Assembly: GCA_963754315.1 (NCBI GenBank)
Contig: CAVWFS010000018.1
Coordinates: 650,047 to 714,046, forward strand
Direction: 5' to 3'
Source: an uncultured Candidatus Rokubacteria bacterium
GTDB taxonomy: Bacteria > Methylomirabilota > Methylomirabilia > Rokubacteriales > CSP1-6
Length of the DNA: 64,000 bases
The stretch's first letter is position 1. Each line of letters opens with the position of its first letter. The notes under the pieces were generated by a model. That model made no database searches and had not been told where the DNA came from. It saw nothing but the letters and a program-made list of their open reading frames with translations. The position numbers were made by a program, and so were the translations under genes. Below, piece by piece: positions 1 to 10,196 of this stretch.

Positions 1-42
1 ACCTCGATAGAGTGGGCGAACCGGCCCGATCGGTCGCCGCTG

Positions 43-1164
43 GTGGCGGCGCTGGTGGCTGACGCCAGCGAACGAGTCGCGACCTTACCCGCTCGGCAGA
101 TCATCGGTCGTCGTTCGTCACGCGAGGCCAAGCTCGTCGCCATACCCCTAGCCGCGAGCCTGGCGCTCGCGCTGGCCCCGGCTGTTCCCGTGCCCTCCTT
201 GCGGCTGCCCGACTTCGCGTCGACGCGCGAGCCGGACAAGGCAGCTGACCGCGCCGAGACCGCGGTGATGCAGGAAGCCTCGCGGGCTTTGCCCAAGGAC
301 GCCCTCAAGCGGCCGTCCTTCGAGGAGCGCGACCTGGTGCCGCGGGCGGGGACCGGTGGCACCACCACCGCCGGCGACCTGTCGGCCATCTTCAAGGATA
401 CGTCCCTCGCTAACGCCCGGCCCGATTTCAACAGCTTTCTCAAGAAGGGCGACGAGCGGCTCAAGATGCTCGAGCAAGCCGATCGGCTGCCCGATCTGCA
501 GTCTGACTTCACCTCGAGCCAGTACAAGGTCATTTACCGGCAAGCCAAGGAGCTGCGAGGCGGTCTGACTCCGGATATCTCTCCCCAGAAGCTCAAGGAG
601 CTGCTCGAGGAGATGGATCGGTTGGGCCGAAAGGGAGGCAACAACTGGAGCCCCGACGCCGCGGAGGGCATGGAGGCGCTGGAGGGTGGCCAGACGGATC
701 GTGCCATGCAGGCCATGGAGAAGGCGCTCAACAAGATGCGCGCCATGGACGAGCAGCAGCGCTCAGGGAAGAACCTGCGCGGCGGGCGCGAGAGCGATCG
801 AGGGGCGGGGCGTGAGCGCGGTAGGGGGGGAGAAGGCGGCGGGCCGGAGGACCAGGATTTCGGCGAGGGTGAAGGCATGCTACCCGGGCGGGGTCGGAGC
901 GCGTCGCCCAAAGGAGAAGCGAGCCAGCGTCTGCGCGCTAATCCCTTCGATGTCGGTGTCGAAGGCGAGTCGCGCCGAGGGAAGAAGGAAGGGTTCGATA
1001 CCAACATGGTAGGGCGCGGAGGTCAGATGCCGTCCCGGATGCAGTACCTCGGGGTGATCGGACAGTATCGGAAGATGATGGAGGATGCCATCACGCGGGA
1101 GGCTATTCCGCGCGATCACCATGCGCAGATCAAGGAGTACTTCCAGTCTCTCGACGAGCGCTAG
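43..1164 (+). CDS. hypothetical low-complexity protein (Gly/Arg/Glu-rich disordered segment). Reading frame is open back to position 1, so it may be 5'-partial. First gene of the DUF58/vWA/TPR (Bat-like) cluster.
   Basis: ORF track. No stop in frame from nt 1. Stop lies 2 nt before the DUF58 gene start. No recognisable catalytic motif. Confidence 0.4.
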   Translation: MAALVADASERVATLPARQIIGRRSSREAKLVAIPLAASLALALAPAVPVPSLRLPDFASTREPDKAADRAETAVMQEASRALPKDALKRPSFEERDLVPRAGTGGTTTAGDLSAIFKDTSLANARPDFNSFLKKGDERLKMLEQADRLPDLQSDFTSSQYKVIYRQAKELRGGLTPDISPQKLKELLEEMDRLGRKGGNNWSPDAAEGMEALEGGQTDRAMQAMEKALNKMRAMDEQQRSGKNLRGGRESDRGAGRERGRGGEGGGPEDQDFGEGEGMLPGRGRSASPKGEASQRLRANPFDVGVEGESRRGKKEGFDTNMVGRGGQMPSRMQYLGVIGQYRKMMEDAITREAIPRDHHAQIKEYFQSLDER

Positions 1165-1166
1165 GC

Positions 1167-2057
1167 GTGCCGGTCAGCGCTCGTCAGAACGTATTCAGCC
1201 CCGAGTTCTTGGCGCAGTTGGAGCGACTCTCTATCGCGTCGCGCCGCTCGTTCCGCGGCCGCGTGAAGGGAGAGCGCCGTAGCCCCCGCAAGGGACAGAG
1301 CGTCGAGTTCTCGGACTACCGCGCCTACGGCGTCGGCGACGATCTCCGCTACGTCGACTGGAACATCTACGGGCGGACCGATCGCCTGCACGTCAAGCTC
1401 TTCGTCGACGAGGAGGATCTGTGCGTCCATCTGCTCCTCGACGCATCGGCGTCGATGGGGTTCGGTCGTCCCTCGAAGCTCGAGTACGGCGGGCGGCTGG
1501 CGGCAGCCCTTGGCTTCGTCGGGCTCGTCAACCTCGAACGGGTAGGGGTGGGTGTGCTACGCGAGCAGATCGCCGAAGGGTGGCCGCCCATGCGAGGCCG
1601 TAACCAGTTCATGGCGCTCACCAACTTTCTGGCAAATCTCCGGGCCGGCGGCCGGACCAGTCTCACCCCCGGGCTGGCCAACTACGCGGCCCGCGGACGG
1701 GAGCCCGGGATCGCGGTGGTGATCTCGGATTTTCTCGATCCGCAGGGGTACGAGGCGGGGTTACGTGCGCTCCTCGAGCATCGCTTCGAAGTTCACGTCG
1801 TGCATCTGCTGGATCCGGCCGAGATGAACCCCCAAATCGGCGGAGATCTACGGCTGATCGATAGCGAAACCGGGGAAGTGCGCGAGTTGACCGTCGACGG
1901 TGATGCATTGCGTGCTTATCGTGAGCGGCTCCGGAACTTCCTGGACGGACTGGAAGGCTTCTGTCGCGCCCAGGAGATTGGACACCACCGGGTGATGACG
2001 GATCTCCCCGTGGAGAGCGTCGTTCTCACCCATCTGCGAGGACTCGTGTTCGCATGA
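1167..2057 (+). CDS. DUF58-domain protein (vWA-like), Bat/MoxR-operon type.
   Basis: Motifs FSDYRAYGVGDDLRYVDWNIYGRTDRLHVK and LLLDASASMGFG are typical of DUF58. GTG start. ATGA overlap with the downstream gene. Confidence 0.75.
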   Translation: MPVSARQNVFSPEFLAQLERLSIASRRSFRGRVKGERRSPRKGQSVEFSDYRAYGVGDDLRYVDWNIYGRTDRLHVKLFVDEEDLCVHLLLDASASMGFGRPSKLEYGGRLAAALGFVGLVNLERVGVGVLREQIAEGWPPMRGRNQFMALTNFLANLRAGGRTSLTPGLANYAARGREPGIAVVISDFLDPQGYEAGLRALLEHRFEVHVVHLLDPAEMNPQIGGDLRLIDSETGEVRELTVDGDALRAYRERLRNFLDGLEGFCRAQEIGHHRVMTDLPVESVVLTHLRGLVFA

Positions 2058-5000
2058 GCTTTCTGTCCCCGCTGGCCTTCGCCCTCATCGGCCTCACCCT
2101 GCCCCTCGTCCTTCTGTACTTTCTGAAGGTCCGACGGCGAGAGCGGCAGGTTCCCAGCCTGCTCTTGTGGGACGCCGTCAAGCGTGACCGGGAGGCCTCC
2201 GCCTTCTTCCAGCGCCTGCAGCGCGACCCCCTCATAATTTTGCAAATTCTTGCCCTGATCGCGCTGGCCACGGCGCTGGCCCGGCCGACCATCACCGTCA
2301 CCGGTCACGGCGCCCGCAAGGTAGTGGTGGTGCTCGACCCGTCGGCGTCCATGCAGACGCGCGACATTCCCCCCTCGCGTTTCGCCCAGGCCAAGGCAGA
2401 GGCCGCTGCTCTCGTGAGCCGTCTCGGCGAAGGCGCCGAGGTCATGGTGATCGAAGCGGGGGTGCAGCCAAAGGTGGTGGCGGCGCTCTCACGAGAGCGC
2501 GAGCGGGCGTTAGGGGCCATCAGCGCCGCCCAGGCCAAGGACATGCCTAACCGGGTCGGCGAGGCAGTGCGCACGGCGCGTGCCCTGGTGGCCAACGATC
2601 CCGCGGCTGAGATCTACGTCTTCACCGACGGGGTAGGTCCCCTGGCGGAGGAGCGCGATCTCAAGGACACCCGCATTCGCTGGGTCGGGGTGGGGCGGGG
2701 CGGACGCAACGTGGCCATCACCAACCTGGCCGTGCGAAAGAACTACTACGGAGCCTTCGACTACCAGGCCTTCGTCTCGCTGGTGAACTACACACCCGAG
2801 ACGCAAGAATTTACCTTCTCGCTCGACATCGACGACAAGCCCATTGCCGAGAAGTCGGTGACCTTGGAGCCGAGCGTGCGTCGGTCGGTGGTCCTTCCCT
2901 TCAGCCACACGGGAGGGGGCACGGTGGCTGCCCGCCTGCGCATCAACGACGATCTGCCCGTCGACAACGTGGCCTATGCCGTGCTCCCGCCGGCGAAGAA
3001 GATCCAGGTTCTGCTCGTGAGCGGCGGGAACCTCTTCCTCGAGAAGGCCCTCAAGACCGACCCCCAGGTGGAACTCGAGACGCGGAGTGTGGATCAGTAC
3101 GAAGGAGGGATGGCGGGGGCGGACGTGGTCGTGCTCGACTCGGTCAACGTGCCGCGCGTGGGGCCCGGCCGCTTCGTGTTCGTCAACACCGTGCCGGGCG
3201 ACGTTCCCCTCGAGGTGATGGGGCGCCTTGAGCGCCCGGCCATCATGGACTGGGATCGAAACCACCTGATCATGCGGTATGTCGACTTCGCCAAAGTGGT
3301 GGTCGAGGATGCCATGCGCATCAGACCGCTGGCGGCCGGGCGGCCTCTCGTGGAAGCGATCGGCGGTCCTCTCATCTACGCCATCGAGGAGCAGGACCGG
3401 AAGGCGATCTTCGTGGGGTTCGACCTCTTCAAAACGGACTTGCCCTTGCGGGTGGCGTTTCCTCTCATCTTGTCCAACGGCCTTCGCTGGCTCCATCCGT
3501 CGGGCGCCGATCAGGCAAGCTTCCAGCTTGCCGCGGGACGGCCGATCTTGCTCCCGGTGCCGCATGGGGTGGCCACGGCCACCGTGACCACTCCTAGCGG
3601 GCGCAGCGTCAAGGCGCCAGTGACGCGGGGCGTGGTCAGTTTTAGCGAGACCGAGGAAGTCGGGACCTACACCCTGGCCACTGCAAAGGGTGAAACGAAG
3701 CTCGCCGTCACCCTGATGGACGCCGACGAATCGAACGTGACTCCGCGCGCCTTGCCAGCTTCGGCACCTCCGGGCGCGGTCCCGACCCCCTCCGTGCCTG
3801 TTCAGCGTGAATTGTGGCCGCTCTTCGTCCTCCTCGCGGTCGTGCTGCTCCTGTTGGAGGGCCTCCTCTACTGGCGTCGGCAGAGCGCCGGCCGGTTCCG
3901 GCCCCCCGTCAATTCGGGGGATCGGTGGGCGCTGGCCCTGCGGGGCGCTCTCGTGCTGGTCCTGGCGTTGACGTTCCTGCGCCCCAACCTGCCGCGTTGG
4001 GTGGATCGACTGAATGTGGTCTTCCTGCTCGATGTGTCAGACAGCGTAAGCCTGGCCGCTCGCGAGCGCGCCTACCGGTTTGCTTCCGAATCGACCAAGT
4101 ATGTCAAGGGCGGTGATCGCAACAGCGTGATCGTGTTCGGCGAGGAGGCGGTCGTTGATCAGCCCCTCGCGCATCGAGCCACTCTCGAGAGGCCCAGGGC
4201 GGCAGTGGGTGGTCGAGGCACAGACCTCTTCCAGGCAATCCAGCTTGCCCAGGCCGCGCTCCCGCCCGGGCAGGCCAACCGCATCGTGCTTTTGACGGAC
4301 GGCCGCCAGAACGCCGGGAACGCCTTGGCGGCGGCTCAGGCGGTCAAAGATGCCGGGGTCGACCTGTACTACGTGAGAGCCCCACTCACGTTCACGCAAG
4401 AAGTCGTGGCCGAGTCCATGGTGCTGCCGCAAGAAGTCAAGTACGGGGAGCCCTTCCAGGCCAAGGTGGTGGCGTGGAGCTACAAGGACACGCAGGGGCG
4501 CGTTTCTCTCTTTCGTAACGGAGAGTTTCTCGGCTCTCAGGTCGTCCGCCTGACCGCCGGCAAGAACGTGTTCAGCTATCGGCAGTCCCTCGACCAGAGC
4601 GGCATCCACGTCTATCAGGCTGCCGTCGAGGTGGATGGTGACACCATCGAGGACAACAACCGCGCGGTAGGAACGGTCGTCGTGCGCGGCCGGCCCCAGG
4701 TCCTCCTCGCCGAGAAAGACAAAACCCACGCCGCATCCCTGGTGGGTGCCTTGCGATCCCAGAACATCGAGGTGACCGTGGTCGAGCCGTCTGGGATTCC
4801 CAAGGACATTGCCGGCCTGCAAAAGTACGACGGGGTCATCCTCTCCAACGTCTCTTCGCTCAAGCTCGGTCGTGACCAGATGGTGAGCATCCGCGATTAC
4901 GTCCGCGACCACGGCGGCGGTCTGATGATGATCGGGGGTGAGGAGAGCTTTGGTCTGGGCGGCTATTACCGCACGCCCGTGGAGGAAGCCCTTCCCGTCA

Positions 5001-6436
5001 CCATGGAGGTGAAGCAGAAGATCGAGATCCCCAGCCTGGCCGTGGTGCTCTCAATCGACCGGTCGGGCTCGATGGCGATGTCGACGGACGAGAAGGTTAC
5101 GAAGCTCGACCTGGCCAAGGAGGCGGCGCATCTCGTCATCGACCTCCTCGACGAACGGAATGAAGTCGGCGTGCAGAGCTGGGATACCGAGTTCATCTGG
5201 GACTTCCCGGTCAAAGCCGCCAAGGACAAGGGGGCTGCCCACCACGCAGTGGCTACCATCAAGGCCGGCGGAGGTACCGACGGCTACCCGGCGCTCAAGG
5301 AGTCCTATTCCGTTCTCTTCGACCGTCCGGCGCTACTCAAACACGTCATCTTTCTGTCCGACGGTCAGATGACCCGTGGTGATTTCGCGGGACTCTTGCG
5401 GCGCATGTCTAAGGACAAGATTACCGTCTCCACAGTCGCCATCGGCAAGGACGCAGACGTCCAGCTGATGGTCGACATCGCCAAGTGGGGGCGAGGCCGC
5501 TTCTACTACACGGAGGACTCCCAGACCATTCCCCGGATCTTTACCTTGGAGACCCAGCTCGCCTCCAAGGCCTCACTCGTTGAGCAGCCTTTCAAGCCGG
5601 CCCTCACCTCGGCCAATCACGAAGGGGTGCAAGACATCGACTGGAAGGCTGCCCCCCCGCTCGGCGGCTACGTAGCGACGAGTCTCAAGAGCACGGCTGA
5701 ATTGGTGCTCATGAGTCACCAGGAGGATCCCGTTCTCGCGACCTGGCGGTTTGGGCTCGGGCGGACAGCCGCCTTTACCTCGGACGCCAAGGCCAAGTGG
5801 GGCGTCCTCTGGCTGCGCTGGCGAGACTTCAACAAGTTCTGGGCGCAGATCACGCGCTGGACGTTGCGGAGCGGCACGCGCAGCGACACGGTGGCGACCG
5901 TGGACCGCCGAGACGGCACCGGCGAGGTTGTGGTGGACGCAGTCGACGGCAAGGGGGAGTTCATCAACTTCCTCGACTCCCAGATCGGTGTGGTAGCGCC
6001 CAACCGGGAACGGACCGTGATCGACCTGGAGCAGATCGGTCCCGGCCGCTACCGTGGTCGCTTCCCCGCTCCCCAGGAAGGAGTCTACCTGGTAGGGATG
6101 GCCCAGCGCCGCAGCGACCGCGTGATTGGATCGCAGCTGGCCGGGTTGGTGGTACCGTATGCACAAGAGTTGCGCGACCTCGGCGTCGACGATGCGTTTC
6201 TGCGTGAGCTGACCGAGTTGACGGGAGGGGGTGCCGTTGACGACCCCAAGGACGTTTTCGAGCGGGGACGGCGGCAGTCCCGGATTGCGGTGGAGCTATG
6301 GCCCTGGCTAGTCGGGTTCGTGACCCTGATGATCGTCCCGGAGATCGCCCTGCGGCGGCTCGGTCCGAACGCGCTCTCGTGGTTCGGGCGTCGGCGCCGC
6401 GGGGGAGACCCTCCGGTGAACTCACAGGAGGCGTGA
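2054..6436 (+). CDS. BatA-like aerotolerance-type protein, 1460 aa: N-terminal double-TM domain followed by multiple von Willebrand factor A domains and a second TM segment.
   Basis: N-terminus LAFALIGLTLPLVLLYFLKVRRRE (BatA_N-like). Three vWA MIDAS-like motifs: VVLDPSASM, VVFLLDVSDSVS, LSIDRSGSMA. Internal hydrophobic segment near aa 590-640. Confidence 0.75.
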   Translation: MSFLSPLAFALIGLTLPLVLLYFLKVRRRERQVPSLLLWDAVKRDREASAFFQRLQRDPLIILQILALIALATALARPTITVTGHGARKVVVVLDPSASMQTRDIPPSRFAQAKAEAAALVSRLGEGAEVMVIEAGVQPKVVAALSRERERALGAISAAQAKDMPNRVGEAVRTARALVANDPAAEIYVFTDGVGPLAEERDLKDTRIRWVGVGRGGRNVAITNLAVRKNYYGAFDYQAFVSLVNYTPETQEFTFSLDIDDKPIAEKSVTLEPSVRRSVVLPFSHTGGGTVAARLRINDDLPVDNVAYAVLPPAKKIQVLLVSGGNLFLEKALKTDPQVELETRSVDQYEGGMAGADVVVLDSVNVPRVGPGRFVFVNTVPGDVPLEVMGRLERPAIMDWDRNHLIMRYVDFAKVVVEDAMRIRPLAAGRPLVEAIGGPLIYAIEEQDRKAIFVGFDLFKTDLPLRVAFPLILSNGLRWLHPSGADQASFQLAAGRPILLPVPHGVATATVTTPSGRSVKAPVTRGVVSFSETEEVGTYTLATAKGETKLAVTLMDADESNVTPRALPASAPPGAVPTPSVPVQRELWPLFVLLAVVLLLLEGLLYWRRQSAGRFRPPVNSGDRWALALRGALVLVLALTFLRPNLPRWVDRLNVVFLLDVSDSVSLAARERAYRFASESTKYVKGGDRNSVIVFGEEAVVDQPLAHRATLERPRAAVGGRGTDLFQAIQLAQAALPPGQANRIVLLTDGRQNAGNALAAAQAVKDAGVDLYYVRAPLTFTQEVVAESMVLPQEVKYGEPFQAKVVAWSYKDTQGRVSLFRNGEFLGSQVVRLTAGKNVFSYRQSLDQSGIHVYQAAVEVDGDTIEDNNRAVGTVVVRGRPQVLLAEKDKTHAASLVGALRSQNIEVTVVEPSGIPKDIAGLQKYDGVILSNVSSLKLGRDQMVSIRDYVRDHGGGLMMIGGEESFGLGGYYRTPVEEALPVTMEVKQKIEIPSLAVVLSIDRSGSMAMSTDEKVTKLDLAKEAAHLVIDLLDERNEVGVQSWDTEFIWDFPVKAAKDKGAAHHAVATIKAGGGTDGYPALKESYSVLFDRPALLKHVIFLSDGQMTRGDFAGLLRRMSKDKITVSTVAIGKDADVQLMVDIAKWGRGRFYYTEDSQTIPRIFTLETQLASKASLVEQPFKPALTSANHEGVQDIDWKAAPPLGGYVATSLKSTAELVLMSHQEDPVLATWRFGLGRTAAFTSDAKAKWGVLWLRWRDFNKFWAQITRWTLRSGTRSDTVATVDRRDGTGEVVVDAVDGKGEFINFLDSQIGVVAPNRERTVIDLEQIGPGRYRGRFPAPQEGVYLVGMAQRRSDRVIGSQLAGLVVPYAQELRDLGVDDAFLRELTELTGGGAVDDPKDVFERGRRQSRIAVELWPWLVGFVTLMIVPEIALRRLGPNALSWFGRRRRGGDPPVNSQEA

Positions 6437-6440
6437 CGAC

Positions 6441-7793
6441 ATGATTTGGCACCGTCGACGGCCCTCACCGTGGGTAGTCCTGGGTATCCTGACCGGCTTG
6501 GTCCTATTCGTGAGTGCGGCGAGCGGGGCGGCCAAGCCGCGAATCGTGGTCATCGTGCCGTTCAATACGGAGACGATCGATCGTGACAAGCAGTGGATGG
6601 GAGAGGGCGTCGCCCAGGTTCTGGCCCTCGGGCTGACCCAGCATCCGGCAACGGTCGTCGTGGAGAGCGCCCGCCTGCGCTCCTTCGCCAAACCGGAGGG
6701 TTGGACCGAGAGCAGCGTCGTCCAGGCGACACGAGGGATCAAGGCCGACGCCGCGCTCTTCGGCCAGATCGTCCGCAAGGGCCCTGATTTCGTGATCCAG
6801 CCCCGCCTGCTCGAGATGAAGGCGAGCGGCCCCGACGTGGTGAGTCTCGAGCCCATCACCAGCTCCGAGCCCGAGTTCCTGAGCCGCATCTCGGCCCTCC
6901 CCGTGACGTATGTGCGGACGATGAAGGTCGCCCTCAGCGAGGCGGAGATGGCGCGGATGGACCGAGCGTCTCGCCCGACGCAGTCGCTGCGCGCTTTCGA
7001 ACTGTTCGCCCGCGGCGCCATGGCCGTCCAACGCGGTGGTCAGGACGGTAACGAAGCCGCGGTGGAGATGTTCACCAAAGCCATCGAGGCGGACCCCACC
7101 TTCGCGGTGGGGCAATACACTCTCGGTACGGTTCACCAGGCGCTCAACAATCGCTGGAAGGCCACCGCTCAGTTCCGGGCCGCCGCTCAGCTTGATCCCG
7201 CGTATCCGGAGCCCATGAAAGCATTGGGTGACCTGTTTCTGGTGGCTCCCCGTCGGCTCTTCGACCAGGCGGTCGAGGCCTACACCAAGGCCATCGACCT
7301 GCGCCCGTTTTACGCGGACGCCCACGTGGGGCTCGGCGACGCACGAGCCGCAAAGGGCGAGGTGGACGGCGCTATTAGCGCCTACCAGAAGGCCCTGGTC
7401 TTCAATCCTGCTAATCCCAGGGTCTACATGAGTCTCGGCAAGATCTACTACAGCGAAAAGGGCCTGTACTACGAGTCAGTCACCGCCTACAAGAAGGCCA
7501 TCGAGCTGGATGCCCAGTCCGTCGAGGCGCGCATGGGACTGGGTGAGGTCTACGAAGACAAAGGACTCTATCGCGAGGCAGTCGACGAGTACAAGAAGGT
7601 GATCGAGCTGGAGGCCAAGCATACGGGGGCCCTCTACAACCTCGCCCTCGTCTACGAGAAGGTCGATCCGAAGGAAGCGATCGTGCAGTGGGAAAAGTAC
7701 ATCGCGCTGGCCTCGCAACTCCCCTCCGAGAAGGACTGGGTGGACGTGGCCCGACAGCACCTCCGGAAGCTCAAGAGCCAGGTGAAGGAGTAG
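6441..7793 (+). CDS. TPR-repeat protein with N-terminal signal peptide/TM (BatC-like partner of the vWA protein).
   Basis: Consecutive TPR units (AYTKAIDLRPFYADAHVGLGDA...AYQKALVFNPANPRVYMSLGKIY...AYKKAIELDAQSVEARMGLGEVY...). Hydrophobic N-terminus. Confidence 0.75.
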   Translation: MIWHRRRPSPWVVLGILTGLVLFVSAASGAAKPRIVVIVPFNTETIDRDKQWMGEGVAQVLALGLTQHPATVVVESARLRSFAKPEGWTESSVVQATRGIKADAALFGQIVRKGPDFVIQPRLLEMKASGPDVVSLEPITSSEPEFLSRISALPVTYVRTMKVALSEAEMARMDRASRPTQSLRAFELFARGAMAVQRGGQDGNEAAVEMFTKAIEADPTFAVGQYTLGTVHQALNNRWKATAQFRAAAQLDPAYPEPMKALGDLFLVAPRRLFDQAVEAYTKAIDLRPFYADAHVGLGDARAAKGEVDGAISAYQKALVFNPANPRVYMSLGKIYYSEKGLYYESVTAYKKAIELDAQSVEARMGLGEVYEDKGLYREAVDEYKKVIELEAKHTGALYNLALVYEKVDPKEAIVQWEKYIALASQLPSEKDWVDVARQHLRKLKSQVKE

Positions 7794-7804
7794 ACCGTCG
7801 CCAC

Positions 7805-8813
7805 GTGGACGAACTGAGAAAGGACACGACGAGCGGCCGTTGGGTTCTCGTCCGTCCGTCGTCCAAGCCCAACTCCGAGAGCGAGTGTTCCTACTGCCCG
7901 GGAGCGGAGCACCTGTCCGGCCCCGAGATCGCCGCGTACCGAAAGGACGGACCCCACCCCAACGGCCCAGGGTGGACGGTCCGGGTCGTACCGGAACGCG
8001 ATCCCTACTTTCGTATCGAGTGGGAGCTCGCGCGCGAGGGGATCGGTATGTTCGACATGATCACGCCTCGGGGGGCCAGCGAGCTGATCATCGAGTCGCC
8101 GACACATACCGACACCTTGGCGTCGATGGACGCCGAACACCTGGAGTCGATCCTCTGGATGTATCGGGACCGTATCATCGACCTCAAGCGCGACGGGCAG
8201 ATCCGCGACATTCTGATCTCGCGTCACCACAAGAAGCCGGGGGTTCCGAATCACCACCCGTACTCGCGGGTGTCAGCGATCCCCATCGTGTTCGATGCGA
8301 CCCGCCGAGAATTGCGGGAGGCGCGCGAGTACTACCAGTACAAGCGCCGATGCCTCTACTGTGACATCCTCCGCCAGGAGGTGGGGGCCGAGGAACGTCT
8401 TGTCCGTCTCACAAAGTTTTTCGCCGTCATCATCCCCTACGCCGCCCGCACCCCCCTGGAGACGTGGATCTTACCTCGACGTCATGGCTGCTCGTTCGAG
8501 GACGCCGTCAATCCTGAGACGACTGCAGACCTGGCCCGCCTGCTGTCAGGGTTCTTTCGCGCGCTGGCCACCGGGTCTGGAAGACCCGAGTTACGAGCTG
8601 GTCCTTCACAACGCTCCCAACATTCGTTCGCGAGTCATGCAAGGGGACTGGTCGAGTATCTACGATGACTATCACTGGCACATCGAGGTCATGACTCAAC
8701 TGGAGAGCGCCAATCGAGTGGGAGGCATCTACGTCAACGAGACGCCACCCGAGACATCGGCCGCCGCGCTGCGCGGTGCCTGGCAGGCGACCGGGGACGG
8801 TCTTCAGGGGTAA
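7805..8813 (+). CDS. GalT-like HIT-family nucleotidyltransferase (galactose-1-phosphate uridylyltransferase/ADP-glucose phosphorylase-like). The reading frame is broken by a +1 frameshift near 8572-8580, so this is either a sequencing error or a pseudogene.
   Basis: N-terminal CSYCPG Zn-motif and central YHWHIE (HxH) motif lie in two different frames: ORF 7688..8668 and ORF 8295..8813. Probable GTG start at 7805, just after the TPR gene stop. Confidence 0.65.
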
Positions 8814-10066
8814 AGACCACGGATTCGGTGACCCTCTGACACCCGGCGGATGCCCTCCATGAGGGCAGCGGTTCGCAGATCGACCCCTTCTTTGGATGCG
8901 ATGGCCCACACTCGGTTGAAGGCTCGCGTCATGACCTCCTGGAGCCTGGACACGATCTCCGTCTCTCGCCAGAAGTAGTACTGGAGGCCCTGGACCCACT
9001 CGAAGTAAGAGACCACCACACCTCCGGCGTTGGCCAGAATGTCGGGAACGACCGTCACCCCGCGTTCACGAAGGAGCTGATCGGCCTCCGGCGTCGTGGG
9101 GCCATTCGCGCCCTCCACCACGATGCTGGCCTTGATCCGCTCGGCGTTATCCTGGTGGATCTGCGAGCCGACCGCGGCCGGAAGCAGGATGTCACACGAC
9201 TGCTCGAGCAGTTCCGAGTTGGTCATGCTCTCTGTCCCTGCAAACCCCGCCACCGTACCGGCCTCGGCCACGTGACCTTCGAGAGCTCGAATGTCGATTC
9301 CGCGCTCGTTCCAAATGCCGCCCTGCACGTCGCTGACACCAGTGATCAGGGCGCCGTCGCGCCAGAGCAGGCGCGCCGCGACGGCTCCGACATTGCCAAA
9401 TCCTTGAATGGCCACCCTCCGTCCTCGCACTTCCTGCCCCAGGCGCTTGGCGGCCTGGTACAGCACGTACACGATGCCGCGGCCAGTCGCCTCCCGGCGG
9501 CCAGCGGACCCGCCAACAATCAAAGGCTTACCGGTGACGACGCCGGGTACGCTCTTGCCCTGGGTCATGGAGTAGGTGTCCATGACCCAGGCCATTGTCT
9601 GCTCGTCAGTGCCGAGGTCAGGAGCCGGGATGTCGAGGTCGGGGCCGATCATCAGGATGATCTCGGCCGTGTAGCGCCGGGTAAGGTTCTCGCGCTCCTG
9701 GACTGACAGCGCTCGGGGGTTACAGCGGACCCCACCCTTCGCCCCCCCGTAGGGCAAGTTCATCAGAGCGCACTTCCAGGTCATGAGCATGGCCAGGGCC
9801 GTGACCTCGCCCAGGTTGACGTCGAGGTCATAGCGGAGTCCACCCTTGGTCGGACCCAGAGCCGTGTTGTGATGGACACGGTACCCAATGAAAACGTTAG
9901 TTTTTCCGTCATCCATGCGAATCGGAATCGAGACCACCAGAGCCCGCCGAGGATACCGGAGGCGTTCGTGAACATCGCTCTCCAGCCCGATCTTGGAAGC
10001 CACGCGGTCCAGCTGGGCGACCGCGGTATGGTAAAGATGTGAATCGAATTCAGGATTTGCGGTCAT
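8804..10066 (-). CDS. gdhA: NAD(P)-specific glutamate dehydrogenase.
   Basis: Glu/Leu/Phe/Val dehydrogenase signature LPYGGAKGG and Rossmann segment GFGNVG. Start taken at MTANPEF. Confidence 0.9.
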   Translation of the reverse strand: MTANPEFDSHLYHTAVAQLDRVASKIGLESDVHERLRYPRRALVVSIPIRMDDGKTNVFIGYRVHHNTALGPTKGGLRYDLDVNLGEVTALAMLMTWKCALMNLPYGGAKGGVRCNPRALSVQERENLTRRYTAEIILMIGPDLDIPAPDLGTDEQTMAWVMDTYSMTQGKSVPGVVTGKPLIVGGSAGRREATGRGIVYVLYQAAKRLGQEVRGRRVAIQGFGNVGAVAARLLWRDGALITGVSDVQGGIWNERGIDIRALEGHVAEAGTVAGFAGTESMTNSELLEQSCDILLPAAVGSQIHQDNAERIKASIVVEGANGPTTPEADQLLRERGVTVVPDILANAGGVVVSYFEWVQGLQYYFWRETEIVSRLQEVMTRAFNRVWAIASKEGVDLRTAALMEGIRRVSEGHRIRGLYP

Positions 10067-10082
10067 GGGACCTCTTTTTCTC

Positions 10083-10088
10083 TTGACG
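10083..10088 (+). promoter_or_regulatory. putative sigma70 -35 hexamer (TTGACG) of the isc promoter.
   Basis: TTGACG about 110 nt upstream of the iscR start, followed by an AT-rich stretch (TGAAAAT) at appropriate spacing. Weak on its own. Confidence 0.3.
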
Positions 10089-10110
10089 CGCATCCGGGAT
10101 CGATGTGAAA

Positions 10111-10133
10111 ATACGACTAAATGAGTCGGCGAT
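10111..10133 (+). promoter_or_regulatory. IscR type-1 operator (autoregulatory site) upstream of iscR.
   Basis: ATACGACTAAATGAGTCGGCGAT fits the type-1 IscR consensus ATASYYGACTRwwwYAGTCRRSTAT. It contains the GACT-N5-AGTC inverted repeat and lies about 65 nt upstream of iscR. Confidence 0.55.
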
Positions 10134-10196
10134 CATAAAGATCGCCAACGGTTCGGGCTGTGACGCGTTCGAGCCGCCTCGGGGTGAGGGATATAG

